Positions 47,142 to 60,384 of a stretch of DNA of 64,000 bases are shown here, in pieces (the stretch's first letter is position 1; the number at the start of each line of letters is the position of its first letter). Source of the stretch: Guillardia theta CCMP2712 (Eukaryota; Protista; Cryptophyta); NCBI RefSeq assembly GCF_000315625.1, contig NW_005434479.1, forward strand, positions 19,599 to 83,598. The letters are read 5' to 3'. Under the pieces are notes generated by a model that saw only the letters and a list, made by a program, of their open reading frames with translations, ran no database searches and was not told the DNA's origin. A program made the translations under genes and the position numbers.

Positions 47142-48640
47142 TCATATAATTTTCGTTGCCATCTCCAACCCTCGAGCAAAGCAGTGAAGTTTTCCGTCGA
47201 CGGCCATTCCTTGGGCGATCATTTCGTTAAGTTGACCCCTGAGGTTCTGTAGAGGAAAACGCCTCAGTTCTCCCACTCCCCTCCCTTCCCCTCCCTTCCT
47301 CGTTTCCCTTCTCTGCTTTTCCCTCTTCTCTATTCATTTCCCAGTTCATCCCCTTTCTTCCTCTCCCTTGGTTCATTCTTGGTCTCCTCTTCCTCGGCTT
47401 GGTACTCCCCGTATTCCTCCAACGAACCTTGAGAGGCAGTCGGAGCACTTGGATCGCTTCTCCTTCCTCTGCTACTCCGAAGAGCTTCATAGACGTGAGC
47501 CAGAGCAAGTTGGAGCGAGAAGAGCGAGCAGCAACACCTTCCCTTCCTCTCCTCTCTTCAACGACGCTCTGTTTTCTTCCGTGTCCCCGTCAACCTCTAC
47601 AATCTGTGACCAGTCTAGTCAGCACTCAGCACATCTCTTTCTCATCTTTACGATAAGTTTGCATGCCGCGTTGGTGATGCCTGGGTCATTGCAAAGAGCT
47701 GTCTCATCCTCATCCAGCACCTTCCCAGCTCGCAAGCCAGTCTCCTCCAGCAGCTCGCGGGTCTGGGGGAAGGAGGTGAGGCAGGAGGAGAGGTGGATCG
47801 TCTTACCGCTGCTTCCTCCACCTTCTCGTTGGGATCCACCAGACCTGTGCAGCTGAGGTAAGCAAGACGAGCAGGACAAGAGCAGCTGGATGATGCGAGC
47901 AGAAGGCAAGAGGAACGCGAAAGGAGGAGGAAGCGATCAGGTACCGGCAGGCGCCTCTATGCATATCTTTCCTAGCGCAGGACGGAATTGAGTGATGAGG
48001 ACAACTTCGGAGTCAAAGCCTGAGCCACGATGAGCTAAGGAAGAGAGGGAGAGGAAAGGACCTGCGCGGCGAACGATAGGGAGGATGGCAACAGCACTGG
48101 CTTGCGGAGACATAAAGGGGGGGCCTATCAGCTGTGAGGGAGTCTGAAGAAGAGTGAAGAGGGAGGTGAGAGATTGAGATCGAGCAGGGAGAGAGCAAGA
48201 AAGACGAGTGGTCCAAGGGGAGAGGGGAGAGAGAGGAGACCAGGAAACGAGCCTGACCTGAAGGGCTGAACCCAGGACGCTCAGCCGCATCCCACTGCAT
48301 GACGCCTCCTCTTCCATCCCTCCAAGTCAGTTTGACAAGCTGCAGCCATCTGTAGCAGATGTGTCATGAGAAGTTGCGAGGAGAAGCTGGCGTATGAGAT
48401 CAAGAGAAGGAACAGTAAAGAATGATGAGCAGCACGTTGGACGTTGAGGAAGTGACAGCCGAATGTCTACAAATTGAGAAGCAGGATCAAAGATGAGGAG
48501 GCGAGAAGTTGAGAGGAAGAGCAAAGGAGATACCTTGTGGATGCGATGACTTCCTTTGCAACGATTTGTGGCGGATGTTTGTCATCAGCTGTAACATCAT
48601 TTACTTTCATGGTGAATGCTCTTCTTTCTCTTGTCGCCAT
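47142..48640 (-). CDS. Nudix hydrolase, NUDT5/YSA1-like ADP-ribose pyrophosphatase, multi-exon
   Basis: QWDAAER, AVAILPIV, LITQFRPALGKICIEAPAG|LVDPNEKVEEAA|TRELLEETG (Nudix box), DPGITNA, EEGEAIQV, VDGKLHCFARGL. Confidence 0.85.
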
Positions 48641-49460
48641 CTTCGTCCAATATGCTAAGGAAGTTTCAGCAGAGCTGGAGAAGAAGAAGCTAGTGACAAC
48701 ATGGAGAAGAAAGGCAGCTCCTACACAATCCCCGCATCCTCATTTGATGGCTGAGAACATTCTCCTGTTGAAATATCAACAACTGATGATGATGGAGATG
48801 ATGATGATGCAGATGATGATGGAGATGATGCTGATGGAGATGATGCTGATGGAGTTTACGGAGATGAAGACGATGATAATGACGATCATGAGGAAGACTT
48901 GTCTCTCACCAACACAGATGGGCGACTGGACATAACTGGAGCGAACAAGACTGTTCGATATAAATGCATCTTGTCTGATGACCATGATTCAAATGTCATT
49001 GACAACATCACAGTTCATTGTACTTGAAATGATACTCTTGCCCAGCTTTTCTTGTAACTATTCACATCCTCGCTTTGCCTATGCTGGATATTCACGTCTG
49101 GGCTGCTGCTGCTTCTTCCTGCATGTCTGCCCTATCTGCTGCTGCTGCTTCCTTCATATCTGTCTCATGTTTTTCGTCAGCTTCTCCTCCTCCGCTCTTC
49201 TGCTCCTGTGTTCGCTGCTGGTTGCTCCTATGGCCGCATCGTCACGATCCGCCCTATTCCGAGTTCCACGACGGTTGCTGGGGAGGTACTGACCGGAATG
49301 TGCCCTTGTACTGATTTTTAACTTAACTTTGAGTAAACTGAAGTCACCGGGAATGGTGGTTGTGAAGTTGGAGGGAGAGAGCGTGGAAGAGGGGGAGGGG
49401 GAGGTGAACGATTAAGAAGGAGAAGGAGCTCGGAAGAAAGGAGGAGCAGGCGGAGAGAGA

Positions 49461-52400
49461 ATGTCTCAACGCTCCGACGAAGCCTCAGAAATCGAAGATG
49501 AAGTAATCAGCGAGGAAGAAACATACGAGGACGAGGAGATGCGCAAAGATGATGGTGACGGCACGGAGTCTGCCGATGACGACGAGGAAGCAAGAGGAAG
49601 AGCAGGAGACGAAGAGAATGAGGCATGGGGTGAGGGCGTTGGAGAAACCGGCTGCCAGGCACAAGAACATGGGACTTTCAAGGAGCAGTCTGGTGAGGCA
49701 AATAGAGAGAAAGGAGGAGGAAACGTCAACGAAGAGGAAGGAGGAGGGCAAGCAAATGAGGAGGAGAAAGAAACTGGAGGAGAGGGAGGACAAATGAAAG
49801 GAGATATAGCATCGCCTTTTGCAGACGAGGAGCAGCCCGAGGTGGAGCTCCCGCGTTATGATGGGGCAGACTTATGGCTTCACAGCATGAAGGACGGTAT
49901 CAGAGCTGGCTCTGTCAGCAGCACTTCGGTGGAGCGCGACAGGTCTGATAGCTTCGAGCCGGTCGTGCAAGACCAGGAGGAGGATGAAAACTTTCTACAA
50001 CACGACGAGGAGGAGCATGCGGAGTACGCGACGATCACACAATTCAGGAGCGAGATTGCAGAGGTGGACAAAGAAGAGCAGGAGAAGCTCCGAGTCGAGT
50101 CGATGTGGCCCTCCTTTCAGTGCGTGTTCTACGACTACCTTCTCCGACACGTTCGGAACCCAATCGTTCGAAAGGTTTTCTTCTGCCTCAGCAGGAGGAA
50201 GCATGAGGAGTGCGCGAGGTTTGTTGAGGACGAGGTGAACGGAGTTCTGAGCAGGAAGGCGAAGGGGGAGGAGGAGGCAGCTCAGCTGCTCTCTGTCGTT
50301 GGTAACTACTGTGCGATGCATTTCCTGGGCATGTGTGAAGACCCGGTAGCAGAGCGAGTACTGAAGAAGGTGGAGGTAGTCACGGGTCACTACACCCCCT
50401 CCTTCCCCATGAAGCGCATCCTCCGCTGCTGGACGCTGTGCAACCTCGCAGTCTTCTTCTGCTCCTCCCGCATGCAGCCCGTCGCCCTCGAGTACTTCGA
50501 CTGTGCGATTGAGCAGGAGAAAACCAAACCGCGGGAGGAGGCGAAGATCTTGATTTGTCTCGCTCGCTCCTCCTTTCTTTGCCGCGCAGCACGTTTCATG
50601 GAGGCCATCCGAGACCTCAAGCTTGCGCAGCATTTGATGATGAAAGGAGGGGAGGGAACAGGAGGAGGAGAAGGAGGCGGGCGAGCAGGAGGTCGAACAT
50701 CAGAGTACGAGTCTTCAGTTGCTCCTTTTGCCCGACACCATCACTTGATCATCTTGAATTTCAACATGTCGATCGCAACCATGTGCGACCCCACCAACTT
50801 CAACATCCAGATTCCTCGAAGCTTCTCGCAGGTTGAACTTTCTCTGTTCTCTCTGCTCGCCTTCTTCCTGACATGTCTCACTTACTTGTGTCTTGCTCTT
50901 CGATTCACTGCCTCCCTCAGCTTGCTTGGGAAGAAGCACGCGGCTCGCGCTTCACACAGGTGAGCATGGTGGAGAGCAACATTCGCAAGCTGGTGCTGCA
51001 GCTGAGGAACACGCTGAGCAGCGACGTCGAGTCGGACGTCTTCCTCGACTTCCTCAATGCTGTCAGATCGTCCTCAGCTCTTCCTCACCCGGACTTTGCG
51101 GGCACTTCGAGCGACTTCCTGGTCATCAAGACCATCGCCCACGAAAGCTTTGCCCGCCCTTCCAGCAGGTTGGATCGCCCTCGGTCTGGAAGGCTCGGCG
51201 ATAGAGGGGAAAGGCGGCGCCCGTCTCCATCTCTACAGGTAGAACATCCGCTGAGACAGGGAGGAGGGAGGGAGGAGGTGAAGAAAAACGAGCTCGGGCG
51301 AATGTTATCATCTCCCTTTGCACGACGGCACGTCAGGACAGAGTGGCTGTTGCATGCTCCGGTGCTTGACCTTGTCGTGTCAAAGTCGCTGCTGCTCTTC
51401 CTCCGATCCGTTGAAGACATGATGGAAGAGGAGGAGGCAGCAGACAGTCTTGTGCGGATGGAGATGCTGAGTCAGAGCCTGAGGACGAAGGAGATGGAGG
51501 AGAGTCTCCGCCCCTCCTCAAGCAGCGACGTCAACATCTCTCTTGTCTTCACCTGCAACAAGTTCGGATTGAGTCTGCTCCTCAGAAACAGACCTGAGCA
51601 TGCTTCGGTGACTGTCCCTTCATCTATCTCTCCCTCATCTTGTTCTTTCCATCCTTCACTTGGTTCCTCACAAATGCTGCTGCTGATCGCCCATTCTTCC
51701 TCGGCTCCTGATGCTTCCCTGACTTGGTTGAATCTGCAGATTTTCTTCGGAGCTGCCATCACGATCGCGCGACATGAGAACAACCAGGAGATTTCTTCTT
51801 CGCTCCTCGTGTGGACCTTCGACACGTTGGCCTTGTCACACTACCAAGCAAAGCAATATTCTCTCTCCCTGTCAGCTCTCCAGCAGGCTCTCCATGAATG
51901 CGTGAAGGCGATGAAGGTACCCTCGCGTTGTTTTCATCAGTCCTGTGCGATCACTCCATCCTCCTCGTCTTTCTCCACTCCCTATCTTCTTGTCTTCCAT
52001 TCTGCTTCTCGCTGCATTACCTGACTGTTTCTTTTGCATATATCACTTCTGTTTTTTCGCTGAGTAATTGTGCTGGCAGATTTCGAATCTTGACCTTCAA
52101 ACTCACACGCTTGAACCATCGGATGGCATCAAGATGTTGTCACAGATACTTGACGACAGCGAGAGAGAACAATCACATATGCTGGACGAGAGAGAGAGTG
52201 AACAAGAGAGTAAAAACCAAGAGGAGGGGATGGGAGGGCAGGAGGAGGAGAGGAAGAAAGGAGGAGACCAACCAAGGCAGAAGGGAGGAAAAACATCGAT
52301 CTTTGCGGGAGAGGAAGAAGGGACTGGCGAGCAAAGAAAAACGAGCAGAGAAATCCTTAACGATCCCCTTTTTCTTCATCTCATTATCATCCTCGCTCAT

Positions 52401-53150
52401 CGACTAGAGGCTCTTCTTCTCGTTGAAAATTTCTTGCGAGCTCTCGAAGAGGTTCTTCTCTTCCCCGACCTCTCTTGTTCCCCTCCTCACCTTATCCTGT
52501 CTCTTCATCTTCCTTTAGTCTGACTGAAATGTATCCCTGCCAGGGTCTGCAGCTTCTCGCGCTCCTCCGCCGGCTCAACGAGTCCTCATGCTTTCAGGCA
52601 TCTGCTCATGTCACATCAAAAGCATGTGGGCCAGAAGGAGCCTTTCGAGTGAGGATGGTCAGCAACTAATCCTCATCTCCTTTGTTCTTCTTCTACTTTC
52701 TCTTCTCCGCTCTTATCACTTGCACCTCTTTGCATTCGCCTTCACCTTCTCTTCCTCACTCTTGTTTGCAGTCTGCCATGAAGCGTCGCAGCAAGACATC
52801 AGCGGCTCTTCTGCTCCCACGGGTCTCCTCCAACCAGTGGAAGAATGCAGACGTTCTTTCATCGTTCGCCTCCTCTTCTTCCTTGTCGCTGAAGCGAAAA
52901 CCCGTAGTGGCCATTCACTCGAGCATGTAAGCAGCTGATTCGGACACACGTGTGGAAGGGTTTGTTTATGAATATTCTCGCCCGTCTTTCAAGAGCGCAT
53001 GGAAGAGGAGGAGCACCAGAGGAAAGGAGGAGGGAAGAGGGAGAAGGGAGGAGGGGAGGAAGACGATTTCATAGTCATGCCACTATAGTTCTTTCCTTAT
53101 TCATTTATTCAGGTACATTACTGCCTACGTGGCGTATGCTGTTGCCATAG
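49461..53150 (+). CDS. Multi-exon protein with acidic N-terminus and TPR-like helical repeats; 3' end uncertain
   Basis: Long ORFs 49461-50963 and 50873-52024 linked by short introns; TPR-like segments such as WTLCNLAVFF...VALEYFDCAI and WTFDTLALSHYQAKQYSLSLSALQQAL. Confidence 0.55.
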
Positions 53151-54423
53151 CCTCGATGATGCTTGGAAGAATTTCAGATGCGCAGGGGCTGCTTACGTAC
53201 ATCACCTTTTTTTGTTCCTACCACTCGTTTGCCATCAAACCTCTAAGCTTCTCACCATTCCTGGCTTCACAAACTTGTCTCAACTTCTATTAATCGTTTC
53301 GTGCCCATCTCTCGCTTGCTACGCTTCTCTCTCTCTCCTCTCTTCTCTACGCATTGTTTCCCCTTCTTTTTTTCCCGACCATCCCATGCATCTCCTCATA
53401 CTTACTGGCAGGTTTGCTATACAGCTAGGAGCAAGGATAGAGCAGCGAGGTAGGGGAGGACTGATACAATCTCATGAAGGCCGAGAGTGCAAGAACTGGG
53501 ATGGAGAGCTGGGAGAAAGCAGCCTCAAGAGGATGGTAAATTTCTGTTACCACCACCACCTCCCCTCCAACCTCTTTCTCTTCCTCCTGGTTCTCTCCCT
53601 CCTCTACTTCGCTCCTCTACCTTCCTCCCTCCTCTTCAACAACATTCAACTCACGATGTTCACCCTTGATATCGTTTTTCTTCCATTCCTTCTTGAATTT
53701 TCTGCAACCATTACTTCCTCCATCACCACCTCCTTCTGTTTCACACAACACATCGCTCGATGTCTTACCGTCAACTGTTGTCACCTGGTGTTTTTCGTGT
53801 TCAATCGTATTATCCATTGTTGAGCTTTGTTTTCCTCTTCTGTGGTCCCGCTGACTTTTGAACTCTGAGATTGAGGACGCACGCGAGCTCTTCGAATTCA
53901 TTCGCAGAGAGGGAAGTTTCCCCAAAGAGGAGAAGTAAGTGTCAGGGGAGGACGAGCAAGAGAATAAGGAGGAACAAGAGGAAGGGAGGGCGTGGAGGAA
54001 GCAGGTGGTAATGTTGGTGGACTTGGCAGTGGCTAATATGGGGGGGGCGAGGGAAGTGAGATGAGGAGGTTAAGGAGGTGTGCGGAAAGGTGAAGGGGGT
54101 TTGATGACCAGCCGTAGCAGGTCGAACGTGAGACTTGCTACTTCACACCAGTCGCGGCCTTCCACCTCGATGAGGACGCGAAGCTCTAAGGGTTCGAGCC
54201 TACGGGAAACAACAAGCGACGTGGGTGGGAGACTGCTTCTTCCTCCTCGACCCCGTGCGTCTAATACTCGATATCCTACTTGCCTGATACGTCTGCAGAT
54301 TCAGCGCTTGCGCGGATCGAACATGGACATTGAAATGAGAAGGAAGTTCAATTGTTGTGGCAATGCATCAGGGTTGTGTAGATGAAGTTTTATTCTTGTT
54401 TTTGCTGTTGTATATTGTCAAAA

Positions 54424-56433
54424 CTACAGGGCCTTGCTGATTTCTCGTACTGAATGTATCTTCTCATCAATTCCATTCAGAATCGTTGGAAGATCAAAAA
54501 TCTCATCCTTCCCCTCCTCATCCTCATCCTCCGGTTCCTCTTCCTTGTCTTCTTCCTTTTGTTTGTTGTCCTCGTCTGCAGCGCCTTCCTTCCCACTCTC
54601 TATCATAAGAGCAGCCCTCGCCTCCTCTCGAGCCTTGAGAGCCTCTGCCTCTTTCTTGGCCTTCCACTTGTCTTTCATTCTCGCGAAGAATCCGGATGAG
54701 AAAGCTGCGATGAGGAACAAAGTGCAGAGAGCGAAGAGGCCCCAGATCTCCCAGATGTCCATCACGTTACCTCCATCTGCCACCACCTCTGTACATGTCA
54801 AGTCATTGGCTCTCAGACCGTAAGACTGCAGGTAGTCGTCTACTGCTCCGGCCTCAGTCGCTTGCAGCATTGCCGAGCTCAAGGGATGGTAGAAGATGGA
54901 GGAGTAGGGGAACCCAAGGCCGTAGCCGTTCACGTGAAAACCATCGCCGATGGTAACGAGACTACATTTGCCAGTTCTGCTGTAACGGTTGTTGAGCTCG
55001 TTATATACGACAGGCCCGTCGTAGAAGAGCGCGTCTGGTCCGCTTCCTGCCCTGGCGCTGGGGTAGAGCCTCCCGCACTGCACGATGTCGAAGATTCCAT
55101 ACGAAGCCCCAGTTGTCAATTTGCATGGATTCACCGATGTGCTTGACACCAGTGGTTGGCCGTTGGTGTAAATGGAATCCACGCGATCAGCAGTGAAGAT
55201 GGAGATGGTGATCTTGGGATCCTGCTGCATGATTGTTTGCAGATAGTTGAACTGATCCGATGGAATCATTGTGGTCGTCGAGGTCCCAGCGACGAACTTG
55301 CCAAGATAGGGAGGCTGTGGGTCTCTCGGGTTCCAACTTGGCCCGAGCACAAGAGCGCTGAATTGACCAGACGTGAAGGACTGAAAGTCTTGCACACTGA
55401 CCACAACAGCCTGCTGGGTCAGGAAAGCTGCGATGGCTCCAGTGTAGGTGGCAGTGATTAAGGTGCCGAAGAAGAGATGCGAGAGGTAGACGATTCGTCC
55501 TCCCAGTGTGAATGCATCCTTATCTGGAGCTGCACAAAGCGTACAGATCACCCAGTACCAAGTGTCGAAGAACATCGCCTTGCCCTGCCGGATGTTCTCG
55601 ACGTTGTAGGGGGACTCGATCATCAGCAACGACACAAACACAACTATACACTCCAGCAGAATCGCTCCCCACAGCCAACCTGTGAAGGGAAGGAAAACGT
55701 TGACAAGACCGTCTATGGGAATTTGAGGCGGGATCGGGCGCTTCACTATGTGTTGCTGATACTGATAGTAAGACGACGTGAAGGAAAGAAGATCTGAGAA
55801 TCGTGAAGCTACTGGAATCGCGCCTGCAACAAGATCTGGGCCTGTGCTTGCACAAGTGGGATCCCCGATGCGCGTGCAGGACGTCACGTTGCTGGGCCCT
55901 TTGTAGGCCTTTGCCGCGGCCGCGCATCTCTGCCCATTATAGGTTGTATTCCAAGACGAGGGTGGGAGTGCAGAAAATGATCCCTGACACACCTGACCAG
56001 CAGAGTCAGTTGAAGCAAGCAGGTGTCAGTACTGGACCATCTCAACCGCAGCATCAGGGGAAGTGGGGTTGACTCGAGGGATGTACCATTCGAAGACAAC
56101 TGATTCCGAAACGCCGCTCGCTCGGCACATGCTCTTCAAGTTGTTCAAGACCTCGTTGTTCATAAACTCGTACGTGAGGCCGCCTCCATTGATAAAGGCT
56201 GTTGCTGGGCAAAGCTGGTTGATGCACTTGGTCGTGTCCACGTTAATAAGTGGAGGGTAGTGATGCGTGGCTATTCGGAATTTCTTCCCACAATGCGCTG
56301 TGTTGTAAATGTTCGCAGGTACCAAAGACCTTCGCATCTCAAAACGATACAAAGATGTTGTGGAAAAGTTTTGACAAGAAACCAGTGAAGAGAAGACTAA
56401 AAAGGTCCATAAAAGATGAACTGCAGTTTTCAT
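54424..56433 (-). CDS. Ionotropic glutamate receptor-like channel (signal-S1-M1-P-M3-S2-M4), no amino-terminal domain; one short intron ~55993-56031
   Basis: Signal peptide MKTAVHLLWTFLVFSSLVSC; S1 FRIATHHYPPLI...DLVAGAIPVASRFSDLLSFTSSY; M1 FLPFTGWLW; M3 GGRIV...ITATYTGAIAAFLT (variant of SYTANLAAF); S2 with Cys and GYGLGFP; M4 IWGLFALCTLFLIAA. Confidence 0.9.
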
Positions 56434-58439
56434 CGATGCTAACATTACAAGAGGACTGGGAATACAAATATGTTCCAGCCGCCTTAGACTCCCCACGAAC
56501 AGAAGCCTGCCGTGTATGGCTTTAAGGACGTCAAGCTTTCTGGTCTCTCGACTGAGGAGCTTCCGAAGTTCCTCAGGGCCTTCTCCACTAAGTTCCTTTG
56601 CACACTGGGCCAGTCTTTTGTCAGCAAGAACATGCCAGCACCCGGCTGACGCACTGTCCGACGGTCGCCATCGGTGCCATCGGATGGGCGAAGTGTCAAT
56701 AAAAGTGCCCGTACGTTGTAAACCGGCGGTCACCGGCCGGGCGGTCACCGGGGTACGGGGCGGCCCCGGCGGCCGCGCGGCCCGGCGGCCGGGCACTGTG
56801 ATACATACATAACGGCGTAAGGCTCTTTACTCAAAGTTAAGTTAAAAATCAGTACGAGGACAATCAGGAGAGGCGAGGAGGCTTGACCCTGACACTGTCG
56901 CACAGGCCAAACGGCGAGAACTGAGAGAAAAGACAGCGAGAACCAAACCCAATCCCGAGTCCTGCCGACAGCGGCTGTCTCCTAACTTAGTAACTTGAAC
57001 TGCCGCAGTGCAGGGCTGATAGCTATCCGCAGCCGGCCCCTGCGGGATGCCCGTGACTGTCACGGGCCGCCGCGCCGGCCGGCCCGCCGCTCAGCGCGGC
57101 CTGGCCGCGCCGCGCGGCGGCGTCACAGTGATCGGACCCCCGCCCGGCCGGGCCCGGGGGCCGCCCGGCCCCACTGTCGGTCACCTCGGCGGCTCAGCCT
57201 GGGGGCGGCGGCCCCCCGGGCCCCCTCAGATTATCTGACTCGAGTGGCATCCGGCGATCGGCCGCCATCATCATCCCAGTGGGGCCGCCGTCCAGCGTGA
57301 TCGGACGGCGGGCCCCGCGACACTTAGCAGTGACGGTGACGCCCGCCCGGCCGCCGCCGGCCGCCAGGCGCCCGGCCCGCCCGGTGCGGCGAGTCATGGT
57401 CGGGCGGGCCTGTCGCCGAGGGTCGTAACTTGTGTGCCCGTTATGGACCCTGAGCTTATCATACAATGTCCCATGTGTTTCCTATGACCTCAAGTGGTAT
57501 ATCCTAGAAGGTGGTCTTGCTAAGACCTCCCTCTCCTTCCTATGACCTCCTATCAAGTAAATTGAGTAATTTGAAGCACCCTTCAGGTATCATAGGCTGT
57601 TTCTGTGACAGGCCCTCTTCCGAGGGAGTAGAACCCCCCTTTGACACTCTGGGTAGTTCAGGGGTCAGACACTACTACCCACCCATCGGTATTTGATACT
57701 TCAAAGCTTTCAAATCACCGGTCACTGTATTAGGTGAGCCCTAGCACTGCAACTGGGGGCACCATATCGCCCTGCACTTGTGGGGTGCCACTGAGAGGCT
57801 TTACTACCCCTTGCTTGTACTACCCCCACCCTACCAGACCCCTCTCTTTTCAGGCGTACATTATTTATTATTCCCACCACCCCATATGATCATTCTTCAC
57901 ACCACCCCGGTAATAATGAAAGATACTCCATGGCCTACACAACGGGTACGGCCACCAATTCGATCTCCTCGATGACCCACCTCCAAACAACACCCACCCC
58001 GCTTGTGAAGGCGCATATCAATTACACCCCTATGCTCAACCATTGCCAAGAAGACACATACACTACCCCTTCCATGGAATCTCACCCTACCCCCTTGAAA
58101 TCATCAGATCACCCTACCCTTTATCGTAGCTGTTCCCCAAACCCCGACTGCCTGCACCTCTCGGACCCACCGTGGAGACAAGCATCGGACTTGGTGATAT
58201 TTGGTGGGTGGGGTTAATGAAGAACCGGAACTTCCTGGGGATATTCTGGGGTTATCCAGCATCTTTTGTACGGTGGGGTAATTTGAACATGGGGTAGAGG
58301 TGATTAGCTCACCTGGTTTAGGTTGGTGGTCCGAGGACAACAATGCTGTGTATACACAACAATGGTTTGCGCTGAGTGTAGGGCGACGAGGTACAGGGCT
58401 CGATTGAAGACAAGTGCTGTCACATTTGTTCGGAGCAAG

Positions 58440-60270
58440 TCTTTGATCTAGCCGAACTCAAGCATGAGACCAGCCGTGATGATTATGTTTCGTGAGATCG
58501 TTAGAAAAGACAAGAGAATGCACCTTGCAAATCAATAGATGAAGATTGTCTCTAGCTTGTTGGAAGAGGACCTCTGGATGTGGAATGAACCAAATCAAAC
58601 ATCAGAGACATTGATTAGATTCTGTTTGAATATATTGAGCTTTGTGTATACGTGTAGAATGGGACAGCTTTGGTCTGAAAAACGAAATGTTTTTAGTTGT
58701 GATTTCTTGGAAGGATGGCAGGCGTTTCATCTGGAAGCAAGGTGAATGGCACGGCACATGCAAGCGAGAAATCTAAGCCAGATCAATCGACTTCGCAAGG
58801 TTTTTGATGTCTGCATCTTATACTGAGGGTAATGCTTCGTTGTTGCAGGCGCAAGCGTTAACGTGAGCCTTTGCGCACGCGGAAGGTATTTGAGGCCAAT
58901 TGACAAATGAACAGGATTCGCAGCAGGAAATGAACAGAATGTTGATTTGGTGCGCCTGCGTGGCAGTTGTTGTTTTCAGGTGGAAATTTGAGCTTATGTG
59001 AGTAGACTTGACTGGGGTGTAGTTACACTTTCCATGGCTGCTTGCATTACACATGCAGCTCTGGAGTATCCAACGTCGGTCCATCTCTGCGACCAAAGAC
59101 GAATCCGAAGTTCGGAAAGTACCTTGGCTCCTTCCCGGAAGTGTGGAGCTGCGAGCATGCGTGTATGGCGGATGGTCGGCCTGTACGTCGATAATTTGCT
59201 GTCGTCTCAGGTATCAATCAAAGTATCAAGAAGGGCGGCAAGTGCTGGAGCTACACGTTTATGGTTGACAGCGCTGATACTAAATCCGCAAAAGGACATG
59301 TGAGAGTATTTGACTTGTTTCATATAGGAGATCTGACGATTGATCAGTGCTATGGAAACTTTGCTCCTGTGTGGGATCCAATTGAGTACAACAAGTGTGT
59401 GCAGGAACGAGACCCGCACCTTGTTTAAATCTTCCACCAGGCCTGGCATTAAGGTTTTGTCTGGACGAGTCTACTCTTGGACATCATACTCTATCGCTTT
59501 CGCCAACTTGCTTCGACTGGAGAAGGCAATAGCAAATCATTGTAGAGACTCTAAGTGCTCTAACGCTCTTCTAGCTAGGAGAGTTCCTCCTCAACCTCAG
59601 AGACTCTGTCAAAGCCTGGCCCATCATCGTTGGGTGCTATATTGTCCGCAATGATGGCAAGTGCTGATTTTAGTCTCTCAGTATTCGTTCTCAGTTTGAT
59701 CGCATCCCATCCAACCAGTCTGGATGTCTTTTGACTGATGATTTGCTGTGCTAAGAATGTGATAGGTACTTCACGGCAAGCAATGTCTGGGCGTTTCTTT
59801 CACTTCTCGCTGTCAGCTGGCCCCTAGTCTTTCTGTTTGTCAAGAAAGAGCATGGAGAAACAAGGTATGGTTTCAGCATTTGCAGTCAGTGTTGGACATG
59901 CGATTGGGAATGCCTTTGAAGCTGCCGTCGTTAGAACTCCAGTTCCTGATGTTTTTTTGCAGTGACACGAACGGTGCCCGCATCAAGCTTGGATCACAGC
60001 TTAACGCTAAGCAGAACAAAGGTAGAGTGATGGTGAACTTTGTCGGACCTGTAGCCTGGTTATGTTCTGTCGTAGAATCTCCTGCTACACAAGAATCTTC
60101 TTCCTCGAAAACAAACGTGTTAACGGTGCTTCAACTTATCTGATGTTCTGTGTTTCACATTTCTCTTTGTTCGGACTAGGAATTGGAGAAATTTTTCCGT
60201 TTTGACTGGGTTGATGCTGCGAAGAAGACCAAGTAGAGGGCACAACACATGTGCTGAAGGAAGAAAGTTT
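58440..60270 (+). CDS. Micro-exon-rich gene containing a Cys-rich PAN/apple-like module; boundaries uncertain
   Basis: Spliced KYLGSFPEVWSCEHACMAD...CWSYTF...GH|CYGNFAPVWDP...SG, plus many short GT-AG introns. Confidence 0.4.
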
Positions 60271-60384
60271 CCTCATCATTTAGTTAACAGCCTGCTGTAT
60301 GCCCTTATATACTAACTTGTATGGTTTGTTTCCACATTTCTTTATATTCTGTACGTTTTAAGCATAATGGATGATGGTTTAATT

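Noticed and set aside
47142-48640. Functional cluster of NUDT5-like ADP-ribose hydrolase with the kinase-PARP
   Set aside because: About 36 kb apart with many unrelated genes between; NUDT5-type enzymes are housekeeping
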